In this document: positions 26,938 to 35,821 of the stretch, piece after piece
Layout: each line of letters opens with the position of its first letter
How positions within the stretch are numbered: the first letter of the stretch is position 1
Assembly: GCA_041669865.1 (NCBI GenBank)
Contig: JBAYAI010000001.1
Location: forward strand, 1 to 45,344
Direction of reading: 5' to 3'
DNA from: Bacilli bacterium
GTDB lineage: Bacteria > Bacillota_I > Bacilli_A > RFN20 > CAG-288
DNA length: 45,344 nt
The notes under the pieces: model-generated
Seen by the model: only the letters and a program-made list of their open reading frames with translations
Database searches by the model: none
Told to the model about the DNA's origin: nothing
Translations under genes and position numbers: made by a program

Positions 26938-26991
26938 TTTGATAATAATAGTGCATTCATTGTAAAATCAATTGGAACGGAGTATAGAAAA

Positions 26992-28374
26992 ATGGAAAAA
27001 AATGAATTTGAATTTGACAAGATAACCACGCATTTAGTCACATCGGGATTTATTTATCCTTCGAGTGAGATATATGGGGGAATTTCGAATACTTGGGATT
27101 ACGGTCCTTTGGGGACAAATATGAAGAACCACTTAAAAGAATTGTGGCGCAAGCACTTTGTCGTCTCCAATATGAATATTTTTCAAATTGATCCTTCGAT
27201 AATTATGAATCCCAAGGTTTGGGAAGCGACGGGACACGTTGCCAACTTTCACGATCCGTTGATCGACTGCAAATACTGTCATTCGCGCTTTAGAGCCGAT
27301 GATTTGATAAAAAAACAAAAACCTGATATGAATGTCGATGCGATGAGCAAAGATGAACTTAATCAAATAATCCAGTCGGGTGAGATCAAATGCCCCAACT
27401 GCGGGAAGAGCAGCTTTACTCCAATTCGCCAGTTTCAAATGATGTTTAAAACCACTATCGGAGTGACGGAAGATAAAGCTTCAACCGTTTACCTTCGCCC
27501 CGAGACCGCTCAAGGTTTATTTGTGAACTTTAAGAACGTCCAAAGAACGCAAAGGGCAAAGTTACCCTTTGGAATTTGTGATATCGGAAAGGCCTTTAGA
27601 AATGAGATTACTCCTGGAAACTTCACTTTCCGAACTCGGGAGTTCGAGCAGATGGAAATTGAATTTTTCTTTAAACCCGGTGAAGATTTAAAGTGGTTCG
27701 AATATTGGAAAAACGAATGCTTAGAATTTGTCAATAAGATTGGATTGAACAAGGAAAAACTCAGATTTAGAGATCATTCAGCCAAGGAGTTGGCTTTCTA
27801 CTCCAAGGCGACATGTGACATCGAGTATCTTTATCCTACCTTAGGATGGGGAGAACTCATGGGCATTGCCTCGAGAACCAATTATGATCTTACTAGACAC
27901 GCCGAGAGTTCGGGACAGGATTTGTCTTATCTCGATCCGACCGACAATTCGCGCTATGTTCCTCACGTTATCGAACCTTCCTTTGGTCTCGACCGTTTGC
28001 TATTGGCTCTTCTCTGCGATGCGTACGATGTGGAGCAGTTGGAGAAAGATCAGAGAATTGTCATGCACATCGATAAAAAACTCGCTCCTTATAGCGTTGC
28101 AATCTTGCCACTTTCAAACAAGTTGAACGAACGCGCAAAGGAGAGATTGTGGAATCTTATTTCCGCTGAATACGATGCGGTATTTGATACAACAGGGAGC
28201 ATTGGAAAGCGATATCGCCGCGAAGATGCGATTGGAACTCCTTACTGCGTGACTTTCGATTTCGACTCGCTCGACGACGACGCGGTGACTGTTCGCGATC
28301 GCGATACCATGAAGCAAGAGAGAGTTAAAATTTCGGAGTTAATGACTTATCTATACGCAAAGTTTCACGAATAA
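26992..28374 (+). CDS. glyQS: Glycyl-tRNA synthetase, single-chain (alpha2) type
   Basis: 460 aa. Motifs: YGGISNTWDYGPLG, LRPETAQG, FRNEITPGNFTFRTREFEQMEIEFF, GLDRLLLA. Confidence 0.93.
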   Translation: MEKNEFEFDKITTHLVTSGFIYPSSEIYGGISNTWDYGPLGTNMKNHLKELWRKHFVVSNMNIFQIDPSIIMNPKVWEATGHVANFHDPLIDCKYCHSRFRADDLIKKQKPDMNVDAMSKDELNQIIQSGEIKCPNCGKSSFTPIRQFQMMFKTTIGVTEDKASTVYLRPETAQGLFVNFKNVQRTQRAKLPFGICDIGKAFRNEITPGNFTFRTREFEQMEIEFFFKPGEDLKWFEYWKNECLEFVNKIGLNKEKLRFRDHSAKELAFYSKATCDIEYLYPTLGWGELMGIASRTNYDLTRHAESSGQDLSYLDPTDNSRYVPHVIEPSFGLDRLLLALLCDAYDVEQLEKDQRIVMHIDKKLAPYSVAILPLSNKLNERAKERLWNLISAEYDAVFDTTGSIGKRYRREDAIGTPYCVTFDFDSLDDDAVTVRDRDTMKQERVKISELMTYLYAKFHE

Positions 28375-28414
28375 AAATTAATGTCTAATTGAATTAGCGG
28401 AAAGGGGGAAATAA

Positions 28415-30334
28415 ATGATATCTTTCGAAACGATTGAAAGAATAAAGTCAAAAGTTAATATTGTCGATGTTATTTCTCACTACATAGACGTTCAAAAGAA
28501 AGGGGCAAATTACGTCGCGCTCTGTCCTTTTCACAACGATTCAAACCCATCGATGATGATATCTACATCGAAGCAAATCTTTAAATGCTTTGTCTGCGGT
28601 ACAGCTGGTGACTGCTTTGGATTCGTCCGCCAATATGAGAAAATTTCTTTCTCAGCTGCCGTGAAAAAAGTGTGTGAGATTTGCCACATCGATGAGCCCG
28701 AAGTTCAGCAGTACCACGAAGTGACGAGAATTCGCGAAAACGAGGAGGAGCTAAAAGCACTCGAAAAGTTGTCAAACTTCTACGAATACATGCTAGTAAC
28801 TCCCGGTGGCAAAGAAGCGATGCAGTATTTAAAGTCTCGTGGTTTGAACGAGGATATCATCAAGAGATTCGGAATAGGATACGCTCCGGAAGATAGTACC
28901 AAATCGATTGATTATTTGAGAAAAAAGGAAAATTTTTCCGTTGAAACTTTGGAAAAGGCGGGAATTATATCATCAAGTTCGTCATCTTTTAGCGACAAGT
29001 ATCGAGACCGAATAATGTTTCCGCTGTCGAATATTTCAGGAGATATCGTCGGTTTTTCTGGACGTCGATACAGAAAAGGTGACACGCAAGCGAAGTATAT
29101 GAATTCGAGCGAGAGCGTGGTTTTTAAAAAATCCGAATTGCTTTACAATTTCAACAATGCGAAAGACGCGATTAGAAAGTCGAATTTCGTTTATGTAGTT
29201 GAAGGATTTATGGATGCCATCGCACTCTATCGAGCCGGTATTTCTGCCGTTGTCGGATTGATGGGTACTGCATTTACCAAGAAGCACGTTGAACTATTTG
29301 CTAAGATGAAAGTTGAAGTTAGGCTGTGCTTAGATTCGGATGAACCCGGACAAATGGCGACGGAAAAGTGCCTGAGTGCTCTCTCGGGGCGCGATATAGA
29401 TGTCAAGGTTGTCAAGCCTTTAGCCGAAGGTAAAGATCCTGATGAGTATCTCAAAGATAAGGGACCAGAAGCGTTGAGAGTGGCTCTCAACCAGCTGGAA
29501 TCACCTTTGATGCATTCGGCTAATTATGGCCTCAATCACCAAATGCTGGTGACTTATAAGGATAAAGAAGCTTTCTTGCGTCAAAATAGATTCTACTTCT
29601 TTCAACTTGGAAAACTAGGCCGGGATGACATAGTTACCAAACTGGGAAAAATACTCGACCTCACTCCTGAGTCCATAAAAGAAGCCTTTGAATCATATTC
29701 GCAAAAGCGCTATATCCAAACAGTCAGCAACGAGAGCGTAAGCAGTATGACGCCCGCGGAGCTGAACAAGAGAGAAATCAACAATGAATTATTTCTCTTT
29801 ATTAGGAAATACATAGATAAAGCATTTTTGAAAAAAGAGTTCGAAAGCATCATAAGAAATGAGGGACAGATGCTTGCGAGAATCATATTATCTCGCAATT
29901 CAGTTAAGATTATTCAATCACTACATGACAGTTTTGTGGTCGATTCTTACGGTCAAATGTTAGATTTGTTGACTGAGGTCTACCACGATTTGCGCAATAG
30001 TGTAGAATATATACGTGAAGAGGATTTCCCAAAGCTAGAAAATTTAGCTGAGATTTATTATTCGCAAGAGTTTGAGGCTATTCGAGATTTTGACGCATCT
30101 GATAAAAAAGCTCTTTTAGATATAGAGAATAAAAAGAAAATCACAGATGGCATTATTATGAGACTTCAACATTGTCGATATCCTAGTCGCGAATTTAACG
30201 AGGATGATTTCAAGTTACTCATCCAACGTCACCTTCGCTACAAGAAGAAATACGTTATGCGGAATCCATCTAATTCACCTGAGCAAAATTCACGAATTTT
30301 AGCTCAATTAAACACGATAAAGAATCAACACTAG
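28415..30334 (+). CDS. dnaG: DNA primase
   Basis: 639 aa. Zinc finger [14 protein letters not shown]...[14 protein letters not shown] polymerase core, and Toprim ([17 protein letters not shown]). Confidence 0.93.
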   Translation: MISFETIERIKSKVNIVDVISHYIDVQKKGANYVALCPFHNDSNPSMMISTSKQIFKCFVCGTAGDCFGFVRQYEKISFSAAVKKVCEICHIDEPEVQQYHEVTRIRENEEELKALEKLSNFYEYMLVTPGGKEAMQYLKSRGLNEDIIKRFGIGYAPEDSTKSIDYLRKKENFSVETLEKAGIISSSSSSFSDKYRDRIMFPLSNISGDIVGFSGRRYRKGDTQAKYMNSSESVVFKKSELLYNFNNAKDAIRKSNFVYVVEGFMDAIALYRAGISAVVGLMGTAFTKKHVELFAKMKVEVRLCLDSDEPGQMATEKCLSALSGRDIDVKVVKPLAEGKDPDEYLKDKGPEALRVALNQLESPLMHSANYGLNHQMLVTYKDKEAFLRQNRFYFFQLGKLGRDDIVTKLGKILDLTPESIKEAFESYSQKRYIQTVSNESVSSMTPAELNKREINNELFLFIRKYIDKAFLKKEFESIIRNEGQMLARIILSRNSVKIIQSLHDSFVVDSYGQMLDLLTEVYHDLRNSVEYIREEDFPKLENLAEIYYSQEFEAIRDFDASDKKALLDIENKKKITDGIIMRLQHCRYPSREFNEDDFKLLIQRHLRYKKKYVMRNPSNSPEQNSRILAQLNTIKNQH

Positions 30335-30362
30335 CGATTCTTATACTAGAAAAGAGGGAAGT

Positions 30363-31676
30363 ATGGCTAAGTCCAAGACAAAAAAAGAAAAATTTACTAT
30401 TGCTGATGGAGATGAAGTTACATCTCGAGAAAAAAGTGGCTCAACCAAGAGAAAGAAAAAATTGCCAACCGACGAAAATAATATAACTGACTGGAGAGCG
30501 ATGTTGGTATCTAAAGGAAAAAAGGCAGGTGGCGTTTTAGACCAAGACCAAATATTCAACTACATGTCAAAGTTCAACGTCTCCGACGATGATCTCATGG
30601 ATTTGATCGAATATGTTCGAGAACAGGGAATTGAAGTAAATGAGACGATCGCCGACGATGATGAAGACGATGACATTGATGAGATTGAGGAAATAGATGA
30701 TGAACTAGTCGATGAAATCACCGCTGAGACCGATGTTATCGTCAGTGATAAACCTGCGAAGAAAAAGAAAAAGAAGAAAAAACCCGCTGCGAAAAAAGTT
30801 GCGGCGAAAACGACCGATATAAAAAACAATGATCCGGTAAAGCAATACCTTCGCGAAATCGGTAAATACCGCGTTCTCAAATCGAAGGAAGAAGAAGTTG
30901 CTCTTGCTAAGAGAATAGAGCAAGGCGATCAAGAGGCAAAGACCGAGCTGACAAATTGCAATCTTAAATTAGTTATTTCAATCGCAAAACACTACGTCAA
31001 TAGAGGTATGCAGTTTTTGGATCTAATCCAAGAAGGAAATATCGGTTTGATGAAAGCAGTCGAAAAATTCGACTACACTAAGGGATTTAAGTTTTCTACT
31101 TATGCAACTTGGTGGATTAGACAAGCAATCACTCGAGCTTTAGCCGATCAGGCGAGAACTATTAGAATTCCTGTTCACATGGTTGAAACAATTAACAAGA
31201 TTACGAGAACATCCCGCAAGTTGACTCAAAAGTTAAATAGAGATCCAACAGCGGAGGAAATTTCTGATGCATTGGAAGAGACTGGAACCATGTTGACAGC
31301 TGATCGCATTCGCGAAATTCAACTGATTGCAATGGATCCGCTTTCTCTAGAAAAACCAGTCGGCGAAGAAGAGGATAGCCACGTCGGTGACTTTATCGAA
31401 GACAAGGATAATGAATCTCCGCTCGCTTTTGCCAACTCGTCGCTTTTGAAGGATAAGCTGAATGAAGTTTTGACCGAGCTGACAGACCGTGAAGAACGAG
31501 TCATCCGCTTGCGCTATGGTCTCGATGATGGTCGCAATCACACACTTGAGGAAGTCGGTAAGGAATTCGGCGTCACCCGTGAAAGAATTCGTCAAATTGA
31601 GGCTAAGGCAATCAAGAAATTGAGACATCCGGCTCGATCGAAGCAACTTCGCGATTATCTCGATGAAATCAACTAA
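30363..31676 (+). CDS. rpoD: Primary RNA polymerase sigma factor SigA/RpoD
   Basis: 437 aa. Acidic region 1.1 plus a K-rich linker, region 1.2 ([11 protein letters not shown]), regions 2.1-2.4 ([37 protein letters not shown]), region 3, and region 4.2 ([30 protein letters not shown]). Synteny dnaG-sigA. Confidence 0.95.
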   Translation: MAKSKTKKEKFTIADGDEVTSREKSGSTKRKKKLPTDENNITDWRAMLVSKGKKAGGVLDQDQIFNYMSKFNVSDDDLMDLIEYVREQGIEVNETIADDDEDDDIDEIEEIDDELVDEITAETDVIVSDKPAKKKKKKKKPAAKKVAAKTTDIKNNDPVKQYLREIGKYRVLKSKEEEVALAKRIEQGDQEAKTELTNCNLKLVISIAKHYVNRGMQFLDLIQEGNIGLMKAVEKFDYTKGFKFSTYATWWIRQAITRALADQARTIRIPVHMVETINKITRTSRKLTQKLNRDPTAEEISDALEETGTMLTADRIREIQLIAMDPLSLEKPVGEEEDSHVGDFIEDKDNESPLAFANSSLLKDKLNEVLTELTDREERVIRLRYGLDDGRNHTLEEVGKEFGVTRERIRQIEAKAIKKLRHPARSKQLRDYLDEIN

Positions 31677-31689
31677 AAGATGAATAAAA

Positions 31690-31719
31690 AATGTTCAGTA
31701 GTTTCTGGACATTTTTTTT
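31690..31719 (+). terminator. Rho-independent terminator after rpoD
   Basis: Stem aatgttcag, loop tagttt, stem ctggacatt (9 bp including one G-U pair), followed by eight T. Confidence 0.7.
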
Positions 31720-31727
31720 GTTATAAT
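31719..31727 (+). promoter_or_regulatory. Extended -10 promoter (TGtTATAAT) for the second sigma gene
   Basis: TGTTATAAT lies immediately after the rpoD terminator and 36 nt upstream of the GTG start. A GAGGGA RBS lies in between. Confidence 0.5.
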
Positions 31728-31762
31728 AAAATATATGTTCCTGTGAAAAGAGGGATAAAATT

Positions 31763-32818
31763 GTGAGAAAAAAAGCATTTGATTTAGACTCTATTAAGAG
31801 GGAATTGCTCAATTACATTGAAAAAAATGGGCACATTTCAGAAGATCAAGTAGATGCTCTATGCGACAAATACTCTATCAATGAGGAGCAATTTTTGAGC
31901 ATAGACAAATTTTTAAAGGAAAACAATATAGATTTGGCTGAAAATCTCAAGGTTTCCCTTTACGAAAAGAATAAGTTGGCGGCCTATTCCACCAACAATG
32001 CTTTGAACATGTATTTTTCGGATATATCCAAATATCCACTGCTGACGGCAGAGGAGGAAATCGAACTATCCAAACGAATCGAGAAGGATAACGACGGAGA
32101 GGCAATCGAAAAGTTAGTCAACAGCAATTTGCGATTGGTTACCAGTATTGCCAAGAAGTATCGCATGTCAAATAACAGCGGTTTATCATACGAGGATTTG
32201 ATTCAATACGGGAACATGGGACTGATGAAAGCAGCATTGAAATTCGATTATAAAAGAGGCTGTCGCTTTTCCACCTACGCTAGCTTTTGGATCAAGCAGT
32301 CGGTTATTAGAGCTCGCTCAATCTACGGAAATTCTATAAAGATTCCCGTCTATATGAATGATATGCTTTGCAAGATTAAATCGACTCGCTCGCGACTATT
32401 GGGGAAATTGGAAAGAGAACCAAATTCAGCGGAAATAGCTGAAGAACTTGGCGAGGGCTACACCGCTCAAAAAGTAGAGAAGATTCTCGGCTACGATGCA
32501 CCGATAATTTCCTTGGAAGCTAAGCGTTCGAAGGATAAGGATGGAAAGTTTGAAGACCAGCTTGGCACGGATGACGTTCATTCCCTTTTACTCGATTACC
32601 ACTTGGATGACATCGAGTATGCGCTGAACAAATTAGAGCCGCGAGAACGAAGATTTCTCGAGTTGAGGTACGGACTTGGAAACGAAGTCCCACACACGTT
32701 GGAACAAGTTGGAAAATGTGGTAATATAACACGTGAGAGAGCTCGACAGATCATTGTCAAAGCCACTCACAAAATGCGTTTAATACTAGAGGAAAACATG
32801 GAAGATACCGATGACTAA
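31763..32818 (+). CDS. Second full-length sigma-70 (RpoD-like, group 1/2 architecture) factor
   Basis: 351 aa with a GTG start. It has a region 1.1-like N terminus, region 1.2 (NALNMYFSDISKYPLL), region 2 (DLIQYGNMGLMKAALKFDY..CRFSTYASFWIKQSVIRA), region 3 and region 4.2 (TLEQVGKCGNITRERARQIIVKATHKM). It overlaps trmK by 8 nt. Confidence 0.85.
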   Translation: MRKKAFDLDSIKRELLNYIEKNGHISEDQVDALCDKYSINEEQFLSIDKFLKENNIDLAENLKVSLYEKNKLAAYSTNNALNMYFSDISKYPLLTAEEEIELSKRIEKDNDGEAIEKLVNSNLRLVTSIAKKYRMSNNSGLSYEDLIQYGNMGLMKAALKFDYKRGCRFSTYASFWIKQSVIRARSIYGNSIKIPVYMNDMLCKIKSTRSRLLGKLEREPNSAEIAEELGEGYTAQKVEKILGYDAPIISLEAKRSKDKDGKFEDQLGTDDVHSLLLDYHLDDIEYALNKLEPRERRFLELRYGLGNEVPHTLEQVGKCGNITRERARQIIVKATHKMRLILEENMEDTDD

Positions 32819-33491
32819 ATTTAGGATTTCACCGCGATTAAAAGCGGTCGCTGACTTGGTAGAATCCTCATCCTTTGTCGACATTGGAGCCGATCACGGA
32901 TATTTGGATTTATACCTGATTCAAAAGGGTCACAAAGGCCAGATTGCCGTAACTGAAAACAAGCGAGGTCCCTTCGAGCGGCTTCGCAAAAATATGAAAA
33001 TCGTTCCACCGAGCACAAACGTTGAATGCGTCTTTGCCGACGGGTTGGATTTCGATTATCAAAAATACTCGCAAGTTGTCATTTCTGGCATGGGCGGGAG
33101 CCTGATAGCGAGAATTTTAAAAAGTGCTAAATATGGTTTAAATAATTTTGAAACCTTGATTTTAGAGCCGCAGTCGGATGCGTATACTGTGCGAAAAACT
33201 ATAGGCGAACTCGGCTTTAAGATTGTCTTTGAAAAATACATTACGGAAAGATCAAAGACCTATTCCATCATCAAGTGCATCAAGGGTTGTGAGCCCTGCA
33301 ATGAGGTGGAGCTTATATTCGGTAAATATCCGTTGGAAAATAAGGATAAAATTTTAAGGGAATATCTGCAAAAAAATGAGAAGAGAATCTCAGGGTTGTT
33401 GAAAGATAAAAAGATTGACGCCGACGCAAAAAAAACACTTGAAACTCAGTTAAATATGATAGAAAAAGGACTTAATTATTATGGAAGGTAA
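32811..33491 (+). CDS. trmK: tRNA (adenine22-N1)-methyltransferase TrmK
   Basis: 226 aa. ISPRLKAVADLVE...FVDIGADHGYLDLYL matches the TrmK-family N terminus. Synteny sigA-trmK-nif3 (yqfN-yqfO in Bacillus). Confidence 0.85.
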   Translation: MTKFRISPRLKAVADLVESSSFVDIGADHGYLDLYLIQKGHKGQIAVTENKRGPFERLRKNMKIVPPSTNVECVFADGLDFDYQKYSQVVISGMGGSLIARILKSAKYGLNNFETLILEPQSDAYTVRKTIGELGFKIVFEKYITERSKTYSIIKCIKGCEPCNEVELIFGKYPLENKDKILREYLQKNEKRISGLLKDKKIDADAKKTLETQLNMIEKGLNYYGR

Positions 33492-34266
33492 GAAGTTGAT
33501 TAGAAAGATATGGAAAAAATATCCGAAGAAATTGCAAGAAGTTTGGGATAGATGTGGTTTACAAATAGGAAAACTCCCGAGCGAAGTAAAGAAAATTATG
33601 GTCTGTCTAGATTACGATACAGAAATGTGCATGCGAGCTAAAGAACTCAAACCAGACCTCATTATTTCGCATCATCCTTTTATCTTCGGTACCCGAATGG
33701 CTATCCTCAATTCGGATGAGAATAAGATGGAAGTTGCAAAGGTGACGGAAGATGAACTTCATTCGTGCGTGTATTCCTTTCACACTTGTTTTGACAATGC
33801 TAACCCTGGAATGAACGATACTTTGGCAAAAAAATTGGGATTGGAAGAAGTGTATACTCCCCAAGCCTGTCTCACCATGCGCATTGGTACTTTGCCAAAT
33901 GAAATGACTGTCGACGAGTTCAAAGATTACGCATTGGAAAAGTTAAACGTTTCCTACGGTCTACTCGTGCAGGGAAATAATAGGCCTATTCACAAAGTTG
34001 GAATTATCGGTGGAGGAGCTTCGCGCGACTACACTGTAGCAATTGATGAGGGATGTGATATATACATATCAGGTGATATGGCTCACCATACCAGGCGAGA
34101 AATCATCGAACGCAGATTTAATTATCTCGATGTTCCACACGAAGTCGAAAGAGTATTTATGGAGCATGTAAAAAGGGATCTAAATGAAATAGATCCCGAG
34201 ATTGAAGTTTTTACTTTCGACCACGAACGCGAGGCAAAAGTCGTTTGTAGAAAGACCAAATTTTAA
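33481..34266 (+). CDS. Nif3-family dinuclear metal-centre protein (YqfO-like)
   Basis: 261 aa. Has the HHPFIF motif, GMNDTLA, and C-terminal metal ligands (GDMAHH, PHEVERVF). Overlaps trmK by 11 nt. Confidence 0.85.
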   Translation: MEGKKLIRKIWKKYPKKLQEVWDRCGLQIGKLPSEVKKIMVCLDYDTEMCMRAKELKPDLIISHHPFIFGTRMAILNSDENKMEVAKVTEDELHSCVYSFHTCFDNANPGMNDTLAKKLGLEEVYTPQACLTMRIGTLPNEMTVDEFKDYALEKLNVSYGLLVQGNNRPIHKVGIIGGGASRDYTVAIDEGCDIYISGDMAHHTRREIIERRFNYLDVPHEVERVFMEHVKRDLNEIDPEIEVFTFDHEREAKVVCRKTKF

Positions 34267-35122
34267 GGTTGCGTCCGACTTTTTCGATCAGTTTATTCGG
34301 AGTGGAAGTTGCACTTCCAATATAGATATCACCGCGGCAATCGATTTCTTTCTTGATTTTTTTTAACTGCTCGAGCGAATCGATGGTATAAACTTTATTC
34401 ATGGTAAATTCTCGTTTGAGAATATTTGCAAATTCAGTTCCATTTGATGAACTTGGGTCAGTTACGACAATGAAACTATCGTAGATTGATGGAACGATTT
34501 TTCTACCGTTGTTCCAGCGCTTTAAACACTCGACGCACAAGTGATGGGGGACGTACTTTCCCTTGAAGTACTTCTTGACATTGCTGTTAAACTTGTCGAG
34601 TTTTTCCTTGCTGAGCGTAGATTGGGGATAGAGGTATATTGCGGAATAATTGTTGAGTTTTGTGTAATCGAAAGTATCGATTTCATCGTCTCCGATAAAT
34701 TGAACTCTCTTGTCGATGTCGCACATAAAGCGCGATTCAGCGTGATTTCTCTTGCCGAGGAAAAAGACAGTTTTTCCGTTTTCTAAGTTTTTCTTTATCA
34801 TCTTTTTGGTGTTGAGCAAAACAGGGCAAGTGCAATCGATGTAATTGGCCTGAAGAGATTTAGCAAAGCGCTTGTCGACATTTGTCATTCCGTGAGCTGG
34901 AAAAACCATGTAGGCTCCGCGATATGTTTTTTGCGGAACATCAGGAGAATAGCATGTGGCTCTAGTCTCTTTGTATATCAATTCGTTCGTCGTTTGGTTG
35001 TGTACCAAAGGATGGACGAAAACAATCCGCGCCTGCGGACGATTTTTTCTTATTTCGCGAACTTTATTCAGCGAGTTCTTAACTCCGTAACAAAATCCAT
35101 AGGGTGTAATGTATGTAACCAT
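34211..35122 (-). CDS. ispH: 4-hydroxy-3-methylbut-2-enyl diphosphate reductase-like protein (IspH/LytB family)
   Basis: 303 aa from the ATG at 35122 (AAGGAA RBS). The track's 33-aa N-terminal extension is unsupported. The three cluster cysteines occur in conserved context (GFCYGV, DCTCPV, HLCVEC), plus LVHN, PAHG, NHAES, PQSTLS and SSSNG. Confidence 0.72.
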   Translation of the reverse strand: MVTYITPYGFCYGVKNSLNKVREIRKNRPQARIVFVHPLVHNQTTNELIYKETRATCYSPDVPQKTYRGAYMVFPAHGMTNVDKRFAKSLQANYIDCTCPVLLNTKKMIKKNLENGKTVFFLGKRNHAESRFMCDIDKRVQFIGDDEIDTFDYTKLNNYSAIYLYPQSTLSKEKLDKFNSNVKKYFKGKYVPHHLCVECLKRWNNGRKIVPSIYDSFIVVTDPSSSNGTEFANILKREFTMNKVYTIDSLEQLKKIKKEIDCRGDIYIGSATSTPNKLIEKVGRNLKIWSFYKRLLPRVRGRK

Positions 35123-35249
35123 ATATTTCCTTTCATCAATATGTATATTAATATATTTTTCCCAGGTTAACAAGGAAAGTAATTGTAAGAAATAAATGTG
35201 GAAAAAGGTGAGATTGAACACTATTATATATTTATATTTAATTATTATA

Positions 35250-35258
35250 TGTTATAAT
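35250..35258 (+). promoter_or_regulatory. Extended -10 promoter (TGtTATAAT) for apt-rel-hisS-aspS
   Basis: TGTTATAAT lies 37 nt upstream of the apt ATG, in the AT-rich region between divergent ispH and apt. Confidence 0.45.
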
Positions 35259-35294
35259 TTTATAGTTATATAACAAGGGGGAAATTGATTTTTT

Positions 35295-35807
35295 ATGGAT
35301 TATGAAAAATACATTGGGGTCGTGGAAGACTTTCCGAAGAAAGGGATATCCTTCAAGGATGTTTCGCCTCTATTGGCAAATGGCGAAGCGATGCATCGCG
35401 CCGTCGACGAAATGGCGGAAATTGCAAAGGAATGGAAACCGGATTTAATTATCGGGCCTGAGGCTCGGGGATTTGTTTTCGGTGTTCCTGTTGCTTACAA
35501 GTTGAGCGTCGGATTTGCAATGGCTAGAAAAAAGGGAAAGCTCCCAGGAGAAGTTGTTGCTAAAACATACACGCTTGAATATAATCAAGCCACGATAGAG
35601 TTGAAAAAAGGAATAGTTAAAGAAGGAACAAGAGTGGTATTGATCGATGACCTTCTTGCGACGGGAGGAACGCTTCAAGCCGTCAAGGAACTGGTTGAAG
35701 AGAACGGCGGTAAAGTTGTTGGGGCCTTGACTTTTATTGAACTTGATGCTCTTAGAAAATCCAGGGAATTAACAGGCATTCCCTTCAAAGCAATTCTTAG
35801 CCTGTAG
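35295..35807 (+). CDS. apt: Adenine phosphoribosyltransferase
   Basis: 170 aa. Has DFPKKGISFKDVSPLL and the PRPP-binding motif VVLIDDLLATGGT. Confidence 0.94.
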   Translation: MDYEKYIGVVEDFPKKGISFKDVSPLLANGEAMHRAVDEMAEIAKEWKPDLIIGPEARGFVFGVPVAYKLSVGFAMARKKGKLPGEVVAKTYTLEYNQATIELKKGIVKEGTRVVLIDDLLATGGTLQAVKELVEENGGKVVGALTFIELDALRKSRELTGIPFKAILSL

Positions 35808-35821
35808 AGAAAAGGAAAATT

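Noticed and set aside
26938-26991. T-box or other riboswitch leaders upstream of glyQS, hisS and aspS.
   Set aside because: The gaps are 54, 9 and 4 nt, which is too short for any structured leader. These aaRS genes are embedded in longer operons.
30640-30800. Acidic run ([17 protein letters not shown]) followed by a lysine run ([10 protein letters not shown]-rich DNA) in rpoD, considered as a possible slippage or phase-variation tract.
   Set aside because: The DNA mixes aag and aaa codons and has no long homopolymer (six A at most). Acidic region 1.1 linkers are normal for primary sigma factors. There is no frameshift evidence.
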